NCBI GenBank assembly: GCA_963692865.2
Contig: OY843592.1
Coordinates: 64,001-128,000 of the forward strand
DNA: 64,000 bases
Direction of reading: 5' to 3'
DNA from: a bacterium
GTDB lineage: Bacteria; UBA8248
The stretch's first letter is position 1; each line of letters opens with the position of its first letter. The position numbers were made by a program, and so were the translations under genes. This document shows, one piece after another, positions 9,210 to 18,517 of this stretch. The notes under the pieces were generated by a model that was not told the DNA's origin, ran no database searches, and was given only the letters and a program-made list of their open reading frames with translations.

Positions 9210-10655
9210 ACCTCGCGGTTTCGGTCTTGAGATTGACGCGCTTTCTCCTTGTTTGTATTTTCAGAATCAGGCGAGGTGAATACACGTGCGATCATCTCGC
9301 GCTATACTGAGCGTATCTCTCATCACAGAGGATTTGGGATATGGTGACCGAATACGCTTGGTTTCTTCCCTCGGCCAGGGCGGGTGACGGCCACAAAATC
9401 AACACCAAGGTTCCTGAACGAAAACCCACCATCGAGTACCTATCCCGAGTGGCAAGCGCCGCCGAGCGGGCCGGTTTTGTGAACCTTCTGGTTCCCACGG
9501 GCACCCACTGCCTGGACGCCTGGCTCGTGGCCGCGGGCGTAGCGCAGCATACCGAAAGAATCAAATTCTGCGTGGCGTTTCGCCCGGGACTCACAAGCCC
9601 CGTTTTCGCCGCCCAGACGGCGAACACGCTCGATACGCTCACCGGCGGGCGACTGACGCTCAACGTCGTCACCGGCTCGAGCCACTTGGAACAGATGCGC
9701 TACGGCGACCACCTCGTACACGATGAGCGCTACAACAGAACGGAGGAGTTTCTGGAAATCGTCACTCGCATCTGGAGCGCCGACGCTCCCATCACCTACA
9801 AGGGGCAGTATTTCGACATCAGAGAAGCCGCCTTTTTCCCGGTCCACGTCTCAAAACCCTGGCCGCCCATCTATCTCGGCGGAAGCTCGGAGCCCGGCCG
9901 CCGGGTGGGGGCGAAATTCTCGGACGTGCACATGATGTACGCCGTGGATGTGGAAACCATCGCCAAGGACGCGCTCGACATGAAGCGGCGCGCCGCGGAG
10001 GTCGGCCGCGAGGAAAAGATAAAATTCGGCATCCGGATGCACATCCTTTGCCGGGAGACAAAGAAGGAGGCAAAAAAAGCCGCGCAGGCGCTCATCGAGG
10101 GAAGCGATATCTCGAACGTGCAGGTCTGGGCCGACTTGAAGACCAAATCGGAGAGCACAGGCCAGACGCGCGTGAACGAACTGGCGAAAGGCGAATCGCT
10201 CTGGATCACGGACACCTTGTGGATGGGCGTGAACACCGTCCGCGCGGGCCCGGGCGCCTGCCTGGTGGGAACGCCGGACATGATCGCCAAGGCGCTCAAG
10301 GAATACGTGGACGTGGGCGTTCACACGTTCATCCTCTCAGGTTGGCCGCACATCGAGGAAGTCGAGATATTCGGACGCGAGATAATGCCCCTGCTCGAGG
10401 AGACGGACCCCATCACCCTGGAGCCTCCCATGCCCGCCCTCTCCGAATACGATTGATAATAGAACGCAACGGAAACAGAAAACCTTTGATGAACAGTTCC
10501 GCCGGTGTGCTTTGCGCCGAATCTCAAAAATAGATCGAGGTCGCCGAATCCCCGGGGCAGGAGAAATTCGCGCCGCGCACTAAGATGATCGACGAGGAAT
10601 CACGCTTTCCGGCGGAAAACTATCAGTACCTGACCGACGCCGGTCTTCTCGCCCT
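9054..10655 (+). repeat. Tandem duplication unit 1 (comM tail, LLM gene, 5' end of ACAD-like gene)
   Basis: Aligns with 10666-12280 at an offset of ~1612-1624 bp. Boundaries approximate. Confidence 0.85.
9341..10456 (+). CDS. LLM flavin-dependent monooxygenase, SsuD/MsuD-like (copy 1)
   Basis: WFLP..GDG, LVPTG..C.DAW, AFRPG, NVVTG, HDERY, YLGGSS, LVGTP, FILSGWPH. Confidence 0.88.
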   Translation: MVTEYAWFLPSARAGDGHKINTKVPERKPTIEYLSRVASAAERAGFVNLLVPTGTHCLDAWLVAAGVAQHTERIKFCVAFRPGLTSPVFAAQTANTLDTLTGGRLTLNVVTGSSHLEQMRYGDHLVHDERYNRTEEFLEIVTRIWSADAPITYKGQYFDIREAAFFPVHVSKPWPPIYLGGSSEPGRRVGAKFSDVHMMYAVDVETIAKDALDMKRRAAEVGREEKIKFGIRMHILCRETKKEAKKAAQALIEGSDISNVQVWADLKTKSESTGQTRVNELAKGESLWITDTLWMGVNTVRAGPGACLVGTPDMIAKALKEYVDVGVHTFILSGWPHIEEVEIFGREIMPLLEETDPITLEPPMPALSEYD

Positions 10656-10821
10656 CTCGGCGGTAGCGGTGGAACAGCGGGGGCTATCGGCGCGCCCCTA
10701 TCATCGCGTGCTGAAAGCGGCGCGAACCATCAGCGATCTGGCCGGAGAAAAAGACATCTCTCCCCAGCATGTGGCGGAGGCGGTTCAGTGCCGCCGACTG
10801 GACGGACAGATTCATGTCTGA
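10489..10821 (+). pseudogene. Chimeric relic: 5' fragment of the ACAD-like gene (TGG changed to TAG at 10531) fused to a decayed copy of the comM 3' end
   Basis: MNSSAGVLCAESQK*...IDEESRFPAENYQ matches the gene at 12113. AVEQRGLSARPYHRVLKAARTI...HVAEAVQ matches the ComM C-terminus. Confidence 0.88.
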
Positions 10822-12280
10822 CCCTCGCGGCCTCGATGTTGAGATTGACGCGCATTCGCCTTGTTTGTATTTTCAGAACCGGGTGGGAGGCATATACATC
10901 CCATCATTTTGGATTATACTATGCCCCATCTCTCACTTTAGAGGCTTCTGAATATGGGGACAGAATACGCCTGGTTTCTCCCGTCGGCCAGGGCGGGTGA
11001 CGGCCACAAGATCAACACCAGGGTGCCGGAGCGAAAACCCACCATCGAGTACCTCTCCCAGGTTGCGAGCGCCGCCGAGCGGGCCGGTTTCGTGAATCTT
11101 CTGGTGCCCACCGGCACCCACTGCATGGACGCCTGGCTCGTGGCCGCAGGCGTGGCCCAGCACACGGAGAAAATCAAGTTCTGCGTGGCGTTCCGCCCCG
11201 GCCTCACCAGTCCCGTTTTCGCCGCCCAGACGGCGAGCACGCTCGACGCGCTCACCGGCGGGCGTCTAACGCTCAACGTCGTCACCGGATCGAGCCACGT
11301 GGAGCAAATGCGCTACGGCGACCATCTTGCGCACGATGAACGTTACGACAGGACGGAGGAGTTCCTGGACATCGTCACTCGCATCTGGAGCGCCGATGCT
11401 CCCATGACCTACAAGGGGAAGCATTTCGATATACGCGAAGCCGCTTTTTTCCCGATCCACATCTCCAAGCCCTGGCCGCCCATTTACCTCGGCGGCAGTT
11501 CGGAGCCCGGCCGCCGGGTGGGTGCGAAATTCTCGGACGTTCACATGATGTACGCCGTGGATGTGGACACCATCGCAAAAGACGTGCTCGATATGAGGCG
11601 GCGCGCAGCGGAGTTCGGACGTGAGGAGCAGATACAGTTCGGCGTACGAATGCACATCCTCTGCCGGGAGACCAAGGCGGAGGCGAGAAGAGCGGCGCAG
11701 GCGCTTATCGAGGGAAGCGACATCTCGAACGTGCAGGCATGGGCCGATATGAAGACCAAAACGGAGAGCACCGGTCAGACGCGGGTCAACGAGTTGGCGA
11801 AGGGCGAGTCGCTCTGGATCACCGACACCTTGTGGATGGGCGTGAACACCGTCCGAGCGGGCGCGGGCGCTTCGCTTGTAGGAACGCCCGACATGATCGC
11901 CAAGGCGCTCAAGGAATACGTGGATGTGGGCGTTCATACTTTCATCCTCTCCGGCTGGCCGCACGTCGAAGAAGTGGAGATATTCGGACGCGATATCATG
12001 CCGCTGCTCGAGGATACCGAGCCTATTACCCTGGGAGAACCGTTGCCCGCGCTCGCCGAATACGACTGATGAGGCAACAGATCGACGAAGCAACGCGAAA
12101 AGGAAACCTTGGATGAACAATTCCGCAGGCGCGCTCGGCGCCGAATCCCAAAAATGGGTCGATCTCGCAGAATCGCTGGCGCTGGAGAAATTCGCGCCGC
12201 GCGCCAAGACGATCGACGAGGAATCACGCTTTCCGGCTGAAAACTATCAGGATTTGGCCGACGCCGGCCTTCTCTCCCTC
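10666..12280 (+). repeat. Tandem duplication unit 2
   Basis: Diverged second copy of 9054-10655. Confidence 0.85.
10954..12069 (+). CDS. LLM flavin-dependent monooxygenase, SsuD/MsuD-like (copy 2)
   Basis: Same length (371 aa) as copy 1, with about 39 substitutions by manual comparison. Confidence 0.88.
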   Translation: MGTEYAWFLPSARAGDGHKINTRVPERKPTIEYLSQVASAAERAGFVNLLVPTGTHCMDAWLVAAGVAQHTEKIKFCVAFRPGLTSPVFAAQTASTLDALTGGRLTLNVVTGSSHVEQMRYGDHLAHDERYDRTEEFLDIVTRIWSADAPMTYKGKHFDIREAAFFPIHISKPWPPIYLGGSSEPGRRVGAKFSDVHMMYAVDVDTIAKDVLDMRRRAAEFGREEQIQFGVRMHILCRETKAEARRAAQALIEGSDISNVQAWADMKTKTESTGQTRVNELAKGESLWITDTLWMGVNTVRAGAGASLVGTPDMIAKALKEYVDVGVHTFILSGWPHVEEVEIFGRDIMPLLEDTEPITLGEPLPALAEYD

Positions 12281-13291
12281 ATGGTGCCCAGGGAATTCGG
12301 CGGCATCGGGGCGGATTCGCTTACCTACGTCACGGTGCTTTCGAAGATCGCGAAAGGCTGCGCCTCCACCGGCCTCACCTTCAACATGCACAGCGCCGTC
12401 GTGGATTTTCTGGGGCAAATCGCTTCAAAAGAACAGATGGAGCGCTATTTCTCGGAAGTAGTGAACAACGGCGCTATCTTCGCCTCCATCACGAGCGAAC
12501 CGGGAAGTTCCTTCCGCGACAAGCTGGCGGTGCGCACCTCCATCCGCGAGGACAACGGCCTCTACCGCCTTCACGGCAAGAAGCACTTCTGCTCCCTCTC
12601 GACCGGGGCGACGTATTACTTCACCTGGAGCTACCTCGACGGCGCGGAAACTCTGCAGGATGGTCTTCTGAACGTGATGATCCCATCGGAGAGAGAAAAC
12701 ATAGAAATCCTCGATGACTGGCATACCATCGGCATGCGGGGAACCGCGTCGAATTCGCTGATGTTTCATGACGTCGCCGTGAAGCCGGATGAGATCATCG
12801 GGGAGCCGGGCAGCATTCTGGGCAAGGACATGAGCATGTGGTCACTGGGCTACACCGCCGTCTACATCGGCATCGCGGAGGCGGCCTATCAGTTCACCGT
12901 GGATTACGTGAAAAAAACGAAATCGGGCATGGGGATACCTTTAGGAGAACTGGACCGGACACAGCGACAGATCGGCGAGATGGCCATGCTGCTCGAAAAC
13001 GCGCGCCGCGCCGCAGAAAAGCTGGGCGCGCTCAGAGGGAATCTCGGCAAGATGGAGTTGACCTTCATCCTGAATCAGGCGAAATACCTCGCGACCGAAG
13101 CCGCCAAGGAACTCGCCGAACAGGGAATTCGCCTGTGCGGCGGACGGGGGCTTCACCGCTCCCTGCCGCTTGAGCGCCACTTGAGAGACGCGGTGGCCGG
13201 CATCGTCATGCCGCCCGCCAACGACCGCTGCCTCGAAACCATCGGGCAAATCGCCTTGGGCCGCGAAGCGAAAACGCTCGATTTTCAGTAG
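12113..13291 (+). CDS. Acyl-CoA dehydrogenase-fold flavoprotein (possibly MsuC/DszC-like monooxygenase)
   Basis: STGLTFNMHS, G.K.FCS, DDW...GMRGTAS, LERHLRD. Real start is ATG 12113; the track start 11924 lies inside the upstream gene. Confidence 0.8.
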   Translation: MNNSAGALGAESQKWVDLAESLALEKFAPRAKTIDEESRFPAENYQDLADAGLLSLMVPREFGGIGADSLTYVTVLSKIAKGCASTGLTFNMHSAVVDFLGQIASKEQMERYFSEVVNNGAIFASITSEPGSSFRDKLAVRTSIREDNGLYRLHGKKHFCSLSTGATYYFTWSYLDGAETLQDGLLNVMIPSERENIEILDDWHTIGMRGTASNSLMFHDVAVKPDEIIGEPGSILGKDMSMWSLGYTAVYIGIAEAAYQFTVDYVKKTKSGMGIPLGELDRTQRQIGEMAMLLENARRAAEKLGALRGNLGKMELTFILNQAKYLATEAAKELAEQGIRLCGGRGLHRSLPLERHLRDAVAGIVMPPANDRCLETIGQIALGREAKTLDFQ

Positions 13292-13379
13292 CAACTCATC
13301 TAACGGCCCTCGTCCGGCCCGCCGCGTTAATCTGACAGACGCCCCTTGCCCGTTCGCATTCACAAAAGAGTATTGCGCC

Positions 13380-14936
13380 TTACTCCCTCGTTCCCGACTT
13401 TCCGTCGCGGCGCGGGTCGCCGAAGGCCGTGAGACGGACCTCGTCGCCCACCTCCACGGCGTGCACGCCACCGAAAAAATGATGAGGATACGGGCGGGGA
13501 GAAACCTCGAAACCGCTCTTGCGCGCAGATTCCAGAACCACTCGATCCACAGCATCTTCGGCGCACAGGGAACCGACATCCAGGTGCATGCGGGGGGCTT
13601 CCACCGCTTCTTGAAGCGTCTTGTTCCGGTAAAAGAAGTTCAGGATCACCTGGGCAACCGCAGTGGGGATGCGATACGAACCGGGGCTGCCAAGGCCCAG
13701 GCGCAATTTCTCCCCCTCGAAGACGAGGGTAGGAGCGTAGCCCGCCATGGGCCGCTTGCCCGCGCCGAGGGAATTACCGCGCCCCGGGCGCGGGTCCATC
13801 CAGTTCGTGTGGTTGTTCAGAATAACGCCCGTGCCCGGAGGCACGACGGCCGACCCCCACCCCAAGCCTAAGGTCTGCGTCTGGCAGACCACGTTGCCTT
13901 CGGCGTCCACAATCGTGAAATGGGTGGTGGAACCCGGCTCCGCATCGTGGACGTGAACACCGGAAGATCGCTCCTCGGCTATCGCGGCGGCGGCGTATTC
14001 CTTGCTCAGGAGTCGCTCCACCGGCATATCGAAATGGTAAGGATCGCCATAGATCGAAAATCTGTCTCGAAACGCCGCGCGCATGGCGCGCGCAAGGGCC
14101 AGACCGCGCACAGTCTCATTCGCAGCATCCCATTCGGGCAGCAGGACTTCGAGGAAATTCAATATCTGAATCAGGATAAGACCGGAAGAAGGAGGCGGCG
14201 CAGTGAGGAAGCGCAGATCCCCGTAACGCGAGGCGAGCGGCGCCATCCAACGCACCCGGTAGTTTTTGAGGTCGGAGGCTCCCAGATAACCCCCGCCGCT
14301 TCTCACCTCTTCCACAACAGCCTTGGCGAGGGCACCCTCATAAAAAGCATTTACGCCTTTTTCTGCTATCCCGCGAAGCGTTCTCGCCAAATCCGGCTGG
14401 CGCAAGAGCGCGCCTTCAGAAAGCGGCGCGCCGCTCTCCGAGTGAATTCCCGCAAACTCCGGGTAATTCTCACAAAGACGCTGAAAGCGTACTCCCTCCT
14501 GTTGACGACACAAGAACCAACCGACGTGAAAACCCTCATCCGCCAGACGAATCGCGCTCTCGAACAGATCGCTCCAAGGCTTGCGTCCGTATTCGCGGTG
14601 AATCGCCTCGAGCCCGCGCAACAACCCCGGAATCAGGACGGAGCGATGGCCCCGGCTGTGCGCTTCGCCTGTGTGTTTTCCGTTTTCATCGCACGTAAAA
14701 ATACCCGGTTCCATCCCGAGAGGGCATTCGTTGCTGAAATCGACGAATCTCGCTCTTTTCTCGTCCTCGCGCCAGATGAGCGCCACGCCGCCTCCGCCCA
14801 GCCCGGAATAGAAAGGCTCCGCCGCCCCCAGAGCCAGGGAAACGGCCACCGCCGCATCGCAGGCGTCTCCTCCATCTTCCATGACGCGCAAACCCGCTTC
14901 CACCGCTTTTTCGTGGGCCGCCGCTACGGCGAACAT
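13380..14936 (-). CDS. ggt: Gamma-glutamyltransferase family protein
   Basis: GG.A.DAAVA, SGLGGGG, LRQPDLARTL, autoprocessing STTHF, TGVILNN, GSPG, DPRRDG. ATG 14936 with GGAGG RBS. Confidence 0.88.
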   Translation of the reverse strand: MFAVAAAHEKAVEAGLRVMEDGGDACDAAVAVSLALGAAEPFYSGLGGGGVALIWREDEKRARFVDFSNECPLGMEPGIFTCDENGKHTGEAHSRGHRSVLIPGLLRGLEAIHREYGRKPWSDLFESAIRLADEGFHVGWFLCRQQEGVRFQRLCENYPEFAGIHSESGAPLSEGALLRQPDLARTLRGIAEKGVNAFYEGALAKAVVEEVRSGGGYLGASDLKNYRVRWMAPLASRYGDLRFLTAPPPSSGLILIQILNFLEVLLPEWDAANETVRGLALARAMRAAFRDRFSIYGDPYHFDMPVERLLSKEYAAAAIAEERSSGVHVHDAEPGSTTHFTIVDAEGNVVCQTQTLGLGWGSAVVPPGTGVILNNHTNWMDPRPGRGNSLGAGKRPMAGYAPTLVFEGEKLRLGLGSPGSYRIPTAVAQVILNFFYRNKTLQEAVEAPRMHLDVGSLCAEDAVDRVVLESARKSGFEVSPRPYPHHFFGGVHAVEVGDEVRLTAFGDPRRDGKSGTRE

Positions 14937-15138
14937 CCGAAGTCCTCCCTTTTCCCAATCATCCACTCTTGCAGATTATAAACACACCGAGGCTCAAGGT
15001 CGCACGCGAAGACGCTGGGCAAGACTCATCATGCTATTTTCCCCTGGCGCAATGACAAAACTGCATTATTTGCTGTAATTTAAGCAGGTTACGCTTGAAT
15101 ATCGCCGCATTTCATTACTGCGGCGCTCTCGTAGACTC

Positions 15139-16497
15139 ATGGATTCTGTTATGACGGAAAAACCGCCAGATCGGGAAAATCCCTCCCGCACCGGCTCCCC
15201 GGAAAAGGAGAAAAGACCACCGTCCGCAAAAAAACGCCGGCCTCGGAAAAAGCGCTTTACACTCTCATTCGTCAGGAAGTTCCTCCTTTTTCTGGCCCTC
15301 GGCGTGGGTCTTTTCTTCGCCGCCGAGTCGGGATATTTCTGGTGGCAGCACTGGGAGCGATACGTCTCGACGGACAACGCATATGTCCATAGCACGCTGA
15401 CGCCGGTGAGCACCGAAATTTCGGGCGTGGTGAAAAAACTCCTGGTCAAGGACAACCAGGCGGTCCGGAAAGGGGACCTCCTCGTCGTCCTCGACAAGCG
15501 GCGTCACGAGGTGGCTCTCCAAAAGGCCGAGGCCGCCGTGGCCGTCGCCCGCGCGAAGTATGAGGCGAGCAAGGTATCCATCACACATTCGATGGGCCGC
15601 GCGAGCGGCCTTCAGCAGGAAGCCCGCGCCCGTCTGGAAACGCTCAAACGAACTCTCCGGTCGGCCCGTGCGCTTCTCGTTCAAAGAGAAAACGAAGCGC
15701 GCGCCCATGCGGCCACGATGAAACAGGCGCGCGAGGACTTGAAGAGAAAACTGCGCCTGCACGGCCAGAAAATCATCTCGGACGAGCAACTCGCCCTCGC
15801 TCGCGCCACGCACGGCGTCGCCAAGGCGAACTACGACGCATCCCAGGCCGCGCTCAACGTGGAGGAGAACAAGATATCGGCCATCGTCAACCAGATCGAA
15901 GAAGCGCAGGCCGCCGTGGCGCTGGCCGAAAACGAGGATCGCTCCCGGCGCGTGAAAAGCCATGACGCCGATTCTCTGAAGGCGGAGCTCGAAGAAGCCC
16001 TGGCGGCGTATAAGGAGAAGGAGCTTCTACTTTCCTATACCGATATTCGCGCGCCCGTGTCCGGCTACGTGGAGAAATCCGTTGATCCGGGAACCTACGT
16101 GCAGCCCGGGCGTCCTCTACTGCTCATCGTTCAGCTTGAGAAGGCATACATCCGGGCGAGTTTCAAGGAAATCAAACTCGAAGGCATCCACGTGGGCCAA
16201 CCCGCGGAAATCGTTCTCGACGCCTACCCGAACCGAACGTTCAATGGCCGCGTCGCAAGCCTGTATTCGGGCACGGGTGAGACCTTCTCCCTCCTGCCGC
16301 CCGAGAACGCCACAGGCAACTGGGTGAAGGTCACCCGCCGCGTTCCCGTGAAGATATTGCTGGACGAAAGGCCACCCCCGAACTTCCCCCTTCTGATCGG
16401 TATGTCCGCCTACGTGACCGTAGACACCAAGATACGGCGCGGCCCCCGCCTGCTGGCGTACCCCGTGGACGAAAACCCGCAAAACCAGAAACCTTGA
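15139..16497 (+). CDS. emrA: HlyD/EmrA-family periplasmic adaptor
   Basis: STDNAYV, long coiled coil, IRAPVSG, FSLLPPENATGNWVKV.RRVPV. Confidence 0.88.
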   Translation: MDSVMTEKPPDRENPSRTGSPEKEKRPPSAKKRRPRKKRFTLSFVRKFLLFLALGVGLFFAAESGYFWWQHWERYVSTDNAYVHSTLTPVSTEISGVVKKLLVKDNQAVRKGDLLVVLDKRRHEVALQKAEAAVAVARAKYEASKVSITHSMGRASGLQQEARARLETLKRTLRSARALLVQRENEARAHAATMKQAREDLKRKLRLHGQKIISDEQLALARATHGVAKANYDASQAALNVEENKISAIVNQIEEAQAAVALAENEDRSRRVKSHDADSLKAELEEALAAYKEKELLLSYTDIRAPVSGYVEKSVDPGTYVQPGRPLLLIVQLEKAYIRASFKEIKLEGIHVGQPAEIVLDAYPNRTFNGRVASLYSGTGETFSLLPPENATGNWVKVTRRVPVKILLDERPPPNFPLLIGMSAYVTVDTKIRRGPRLLAYPVDENPQNQKP

Positions 16498-18077
16498 ACG
16501 AACAAACGACTTCATCCGCTCCCCAAGGCGGGGGAAAAGCCGCCTCGTCTATAAGTTATCCCTCTCCCTTCCATCGCGCGATGATAACGCTTGCGGTCGT
16601 CTCGGCCGCGTTCATCTCCGTAATGGACGCCAGCATCGTCAACGTGGTGATGCCGCACATGCGCGGTTCGTTCAACGTTGACCTGTCAACCATCACGTGG
16701 GTGGCGACCATCTACACCATCGCCCAGATCATCACGATCACCATGTCGGCCTGGTGGAGCACCCTGCTGGGACGAAAGCGCTACTTCCTTGTCTCCTTCA
16801 TCTTGTTCACCCTGGCGTCGATCCTCGTCGGCACCTCGCAAACCTTCATCCAGATGCTCGTCTACCGCATTCTGCAAGGACTCGGCGGCGGCGGGCTCAT
16901 CCCCGTAGCGCAGGCGATATTGCGCGAGACCTATCCGCCAAACAGGCAAGGCTGGGCGATGGCCATGTTCGCAGCCGGCGTGGTGATTGCGCCCGCGATG
17001 GGTCCGGTGGTGGGTGGGTGGATCACGGAAACGCTCAGTTGGCCATGGGTTTTCTACATCAACGTGCCCGTCGCCGCCGTGGGACTCACTCTCGTCTCCG
17101 TCTACGTGTACGACCCGCCCCACATGAAGCGCGGGATCAACAGGGTGGACTGGATGGGCATCATCCTGATCGGTATCGGTCTCACCGCGCTCCAGGTCGT
17201 CCTGGAGCGCGGACAGGACGAGGACTGGTTCGATTCGAACCTCATCATCGTGATGACGATTCTCACTGTCATAACGCTCACGGCTTTGGTTCTGTGGGAG
17301 TTGCGGATGGAAGAACCCATCGTCGATTTCAGGGTTCTCAGAAACTTGAACCTGAGCGCTTCGTGCTTCGTGGTGCTGATCTTCGGGATCGTGATGTTCG
17401 GAACCACCTTCATCCTGCCGCAATTCCTGCAGAACCTGCTCGATCACGGTCCGTATGAAACCGGCCTCGTCATGCTGCCGAGGGGCATCGCGCTGTTTTG
17501 CATGATGCCCATCGTGGGACACCTCTATAACCTTGTGGATTACAGGATATTGATGTGCGGCGGCGTCACGCTGGCCGTTATCTCCATGTTCCTGATGTCG
17601 GGGCTCTCCTTGCAGACGGACTACTGGGGCATGGTGTCGCGGCTCGTCATCCTGGGATTCGGCATGCCCTTCGTCTTCGTCACACTAACGACCGTCGCCT
17701 TCAGCACCACGCCCGTGGCCGACATCAACTCCGCCACGAGTCTATACAATCTGGCGCGCCGGCTGGGCGGCAACCTGGGCTTCGCTATCATGGCGATACT
17801 GCTCGAACGCCGCACGGCGCTTCACCGCGTAAACATGGTGGGAAACATCACCGAGTCGAACGCCACGTTTCTCTCGTATAAAGAAACGCTATCGGAAATG
17901 CTCGTCCGCAAGCAGATCGACCCGCACACCGCGCAAACACAGGCGATGGGCCTCATCGAGCAGACCATCGACAAGCAAGCCACCATGCTCGCCTACAACG
18001 ACATCTACTGGTTCATGGGGTGGGGCTTCATCTTCGTCATCCCCTTCATTCTGGTGCTGAGAGTCAAACAGGCATGA
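16494..18077 (+). CDS. emrB: DHA2 (EmrB/QacA) MFS efflux permease
   Basis: MDASIVNV, RILQGLGGG, GP..GGWIT...W.W.FYINVP, LERG...DWF.S. Confidence 0.92.
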   Translation: MNEQTTSSAPQGGGKAASSISYPSPFHRAMITLAVVSAAFISVMDASIVNVVMPHMRGSFNVDLSTITWVATIYTIAQIITITMSAWWSTLLGRKRYFLVSFILFTLASILVGTSQTFIQMLVYRILQGLGGGGLIPVAQAILRETYPPNRQGWAMAMFAAGVVIAPAMGPVVGGWITETLSWPWVFYINVPVAAVGLTLVSVYVYDPPHMKRGINRVDWMGIILIGIGLTALQVVLERGQDEDWFDSNLIIVMTILTVITLTALVLWELRMEEPIVDFRVLRNLNLSASCFVVLIFGIVMFGTTFILPQFLQNLLDHGPYETGLVMLPRGIALFCMMPIVGHLYNLVDYRILMCGGVTLAVISMFLMSGLSLQTDYWGMVSRLVILGFGMPFVFVTLTTVAFSTTPVADINSATSLYNLARRLGGNLGFAIMAILLERRTALHRVNMVGNITESNATFLSYKETLSEMLVRKQIDPHTAQTQAMGLIEQTIDKQATMLAYNDIYWFMGWGFIFVIPFILVLRVKQA

Positions 18078-18173
18078 GTTTCGCTCGGCAGATCAAAGAA
18101 ATCACAGGTGCAGCAGTTCCTCGTTGAGGGGGGAGAGATGAATGGAACGCCCCGGTTGCAGAGCGTGAAAAAT

Positions 18174-18272
18174 TTATCTCTTGGGGTAAATCCCGAAAGG
18201 ATCCTTGAGCAACACTTTCCAGGCGAAGATGAGCACCGCCAGGACCACTACGACGATCACGAACGTTTTCAT
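18174..18272 (-). CDS. Putative 32-aa single-pass membrane peptide
   Basis: MKTFVIVVVVLAVLIFAWKVLLKDPFGIYPKR with a GGGGGAG RBS. Below the ORF-track size cutoff. Confidence 0.6.
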   Translation of the reverse strand: MKTFVIVVVVLAVLIFAWKVLLKDPFGIYPKR

Positions 18273-18304
18273 AAAGAACCGGCTCCCCCATGAACGCGAA
18301 TAGC

Positions 18305-18381
18305 TGGTGGGTCGCCGGGGAATCGAACCCCGAACCCACGGATTAAGAGTCCGTTGCTCTGCCTAGTTGAGCTAGCGACCC
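18305..18381 (-). tRNA. tRNA-Lys(CUU)
   Basis: GGGTCGC acceptor stem, ACGGA-CT-CTT-AA-TCCGT anticodon arm, GTTCGATTC T-loop, encoded CCA. Confidence 0.96.
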
Positions 18382-18517
18382 GATATATGAATCATCGCCG
18401 AGCGACGATAACCAAATCAGAAGTTAGCACAGGGAACTCTCATAACAAAACCGCTACGGCCTATCAACTTTTGAACATCCCGGGGCGTGACGGAATTTGA
18501 TCCCTTTGGCGCGTCAA

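Noticed and set aside
10585-10821. 78-aa ORF as a novel ACAD-ComM fusion gene
   Set aside because: It is the duplication junction, with decayed motifs and an upstream stop. Treated as a pseudogene.
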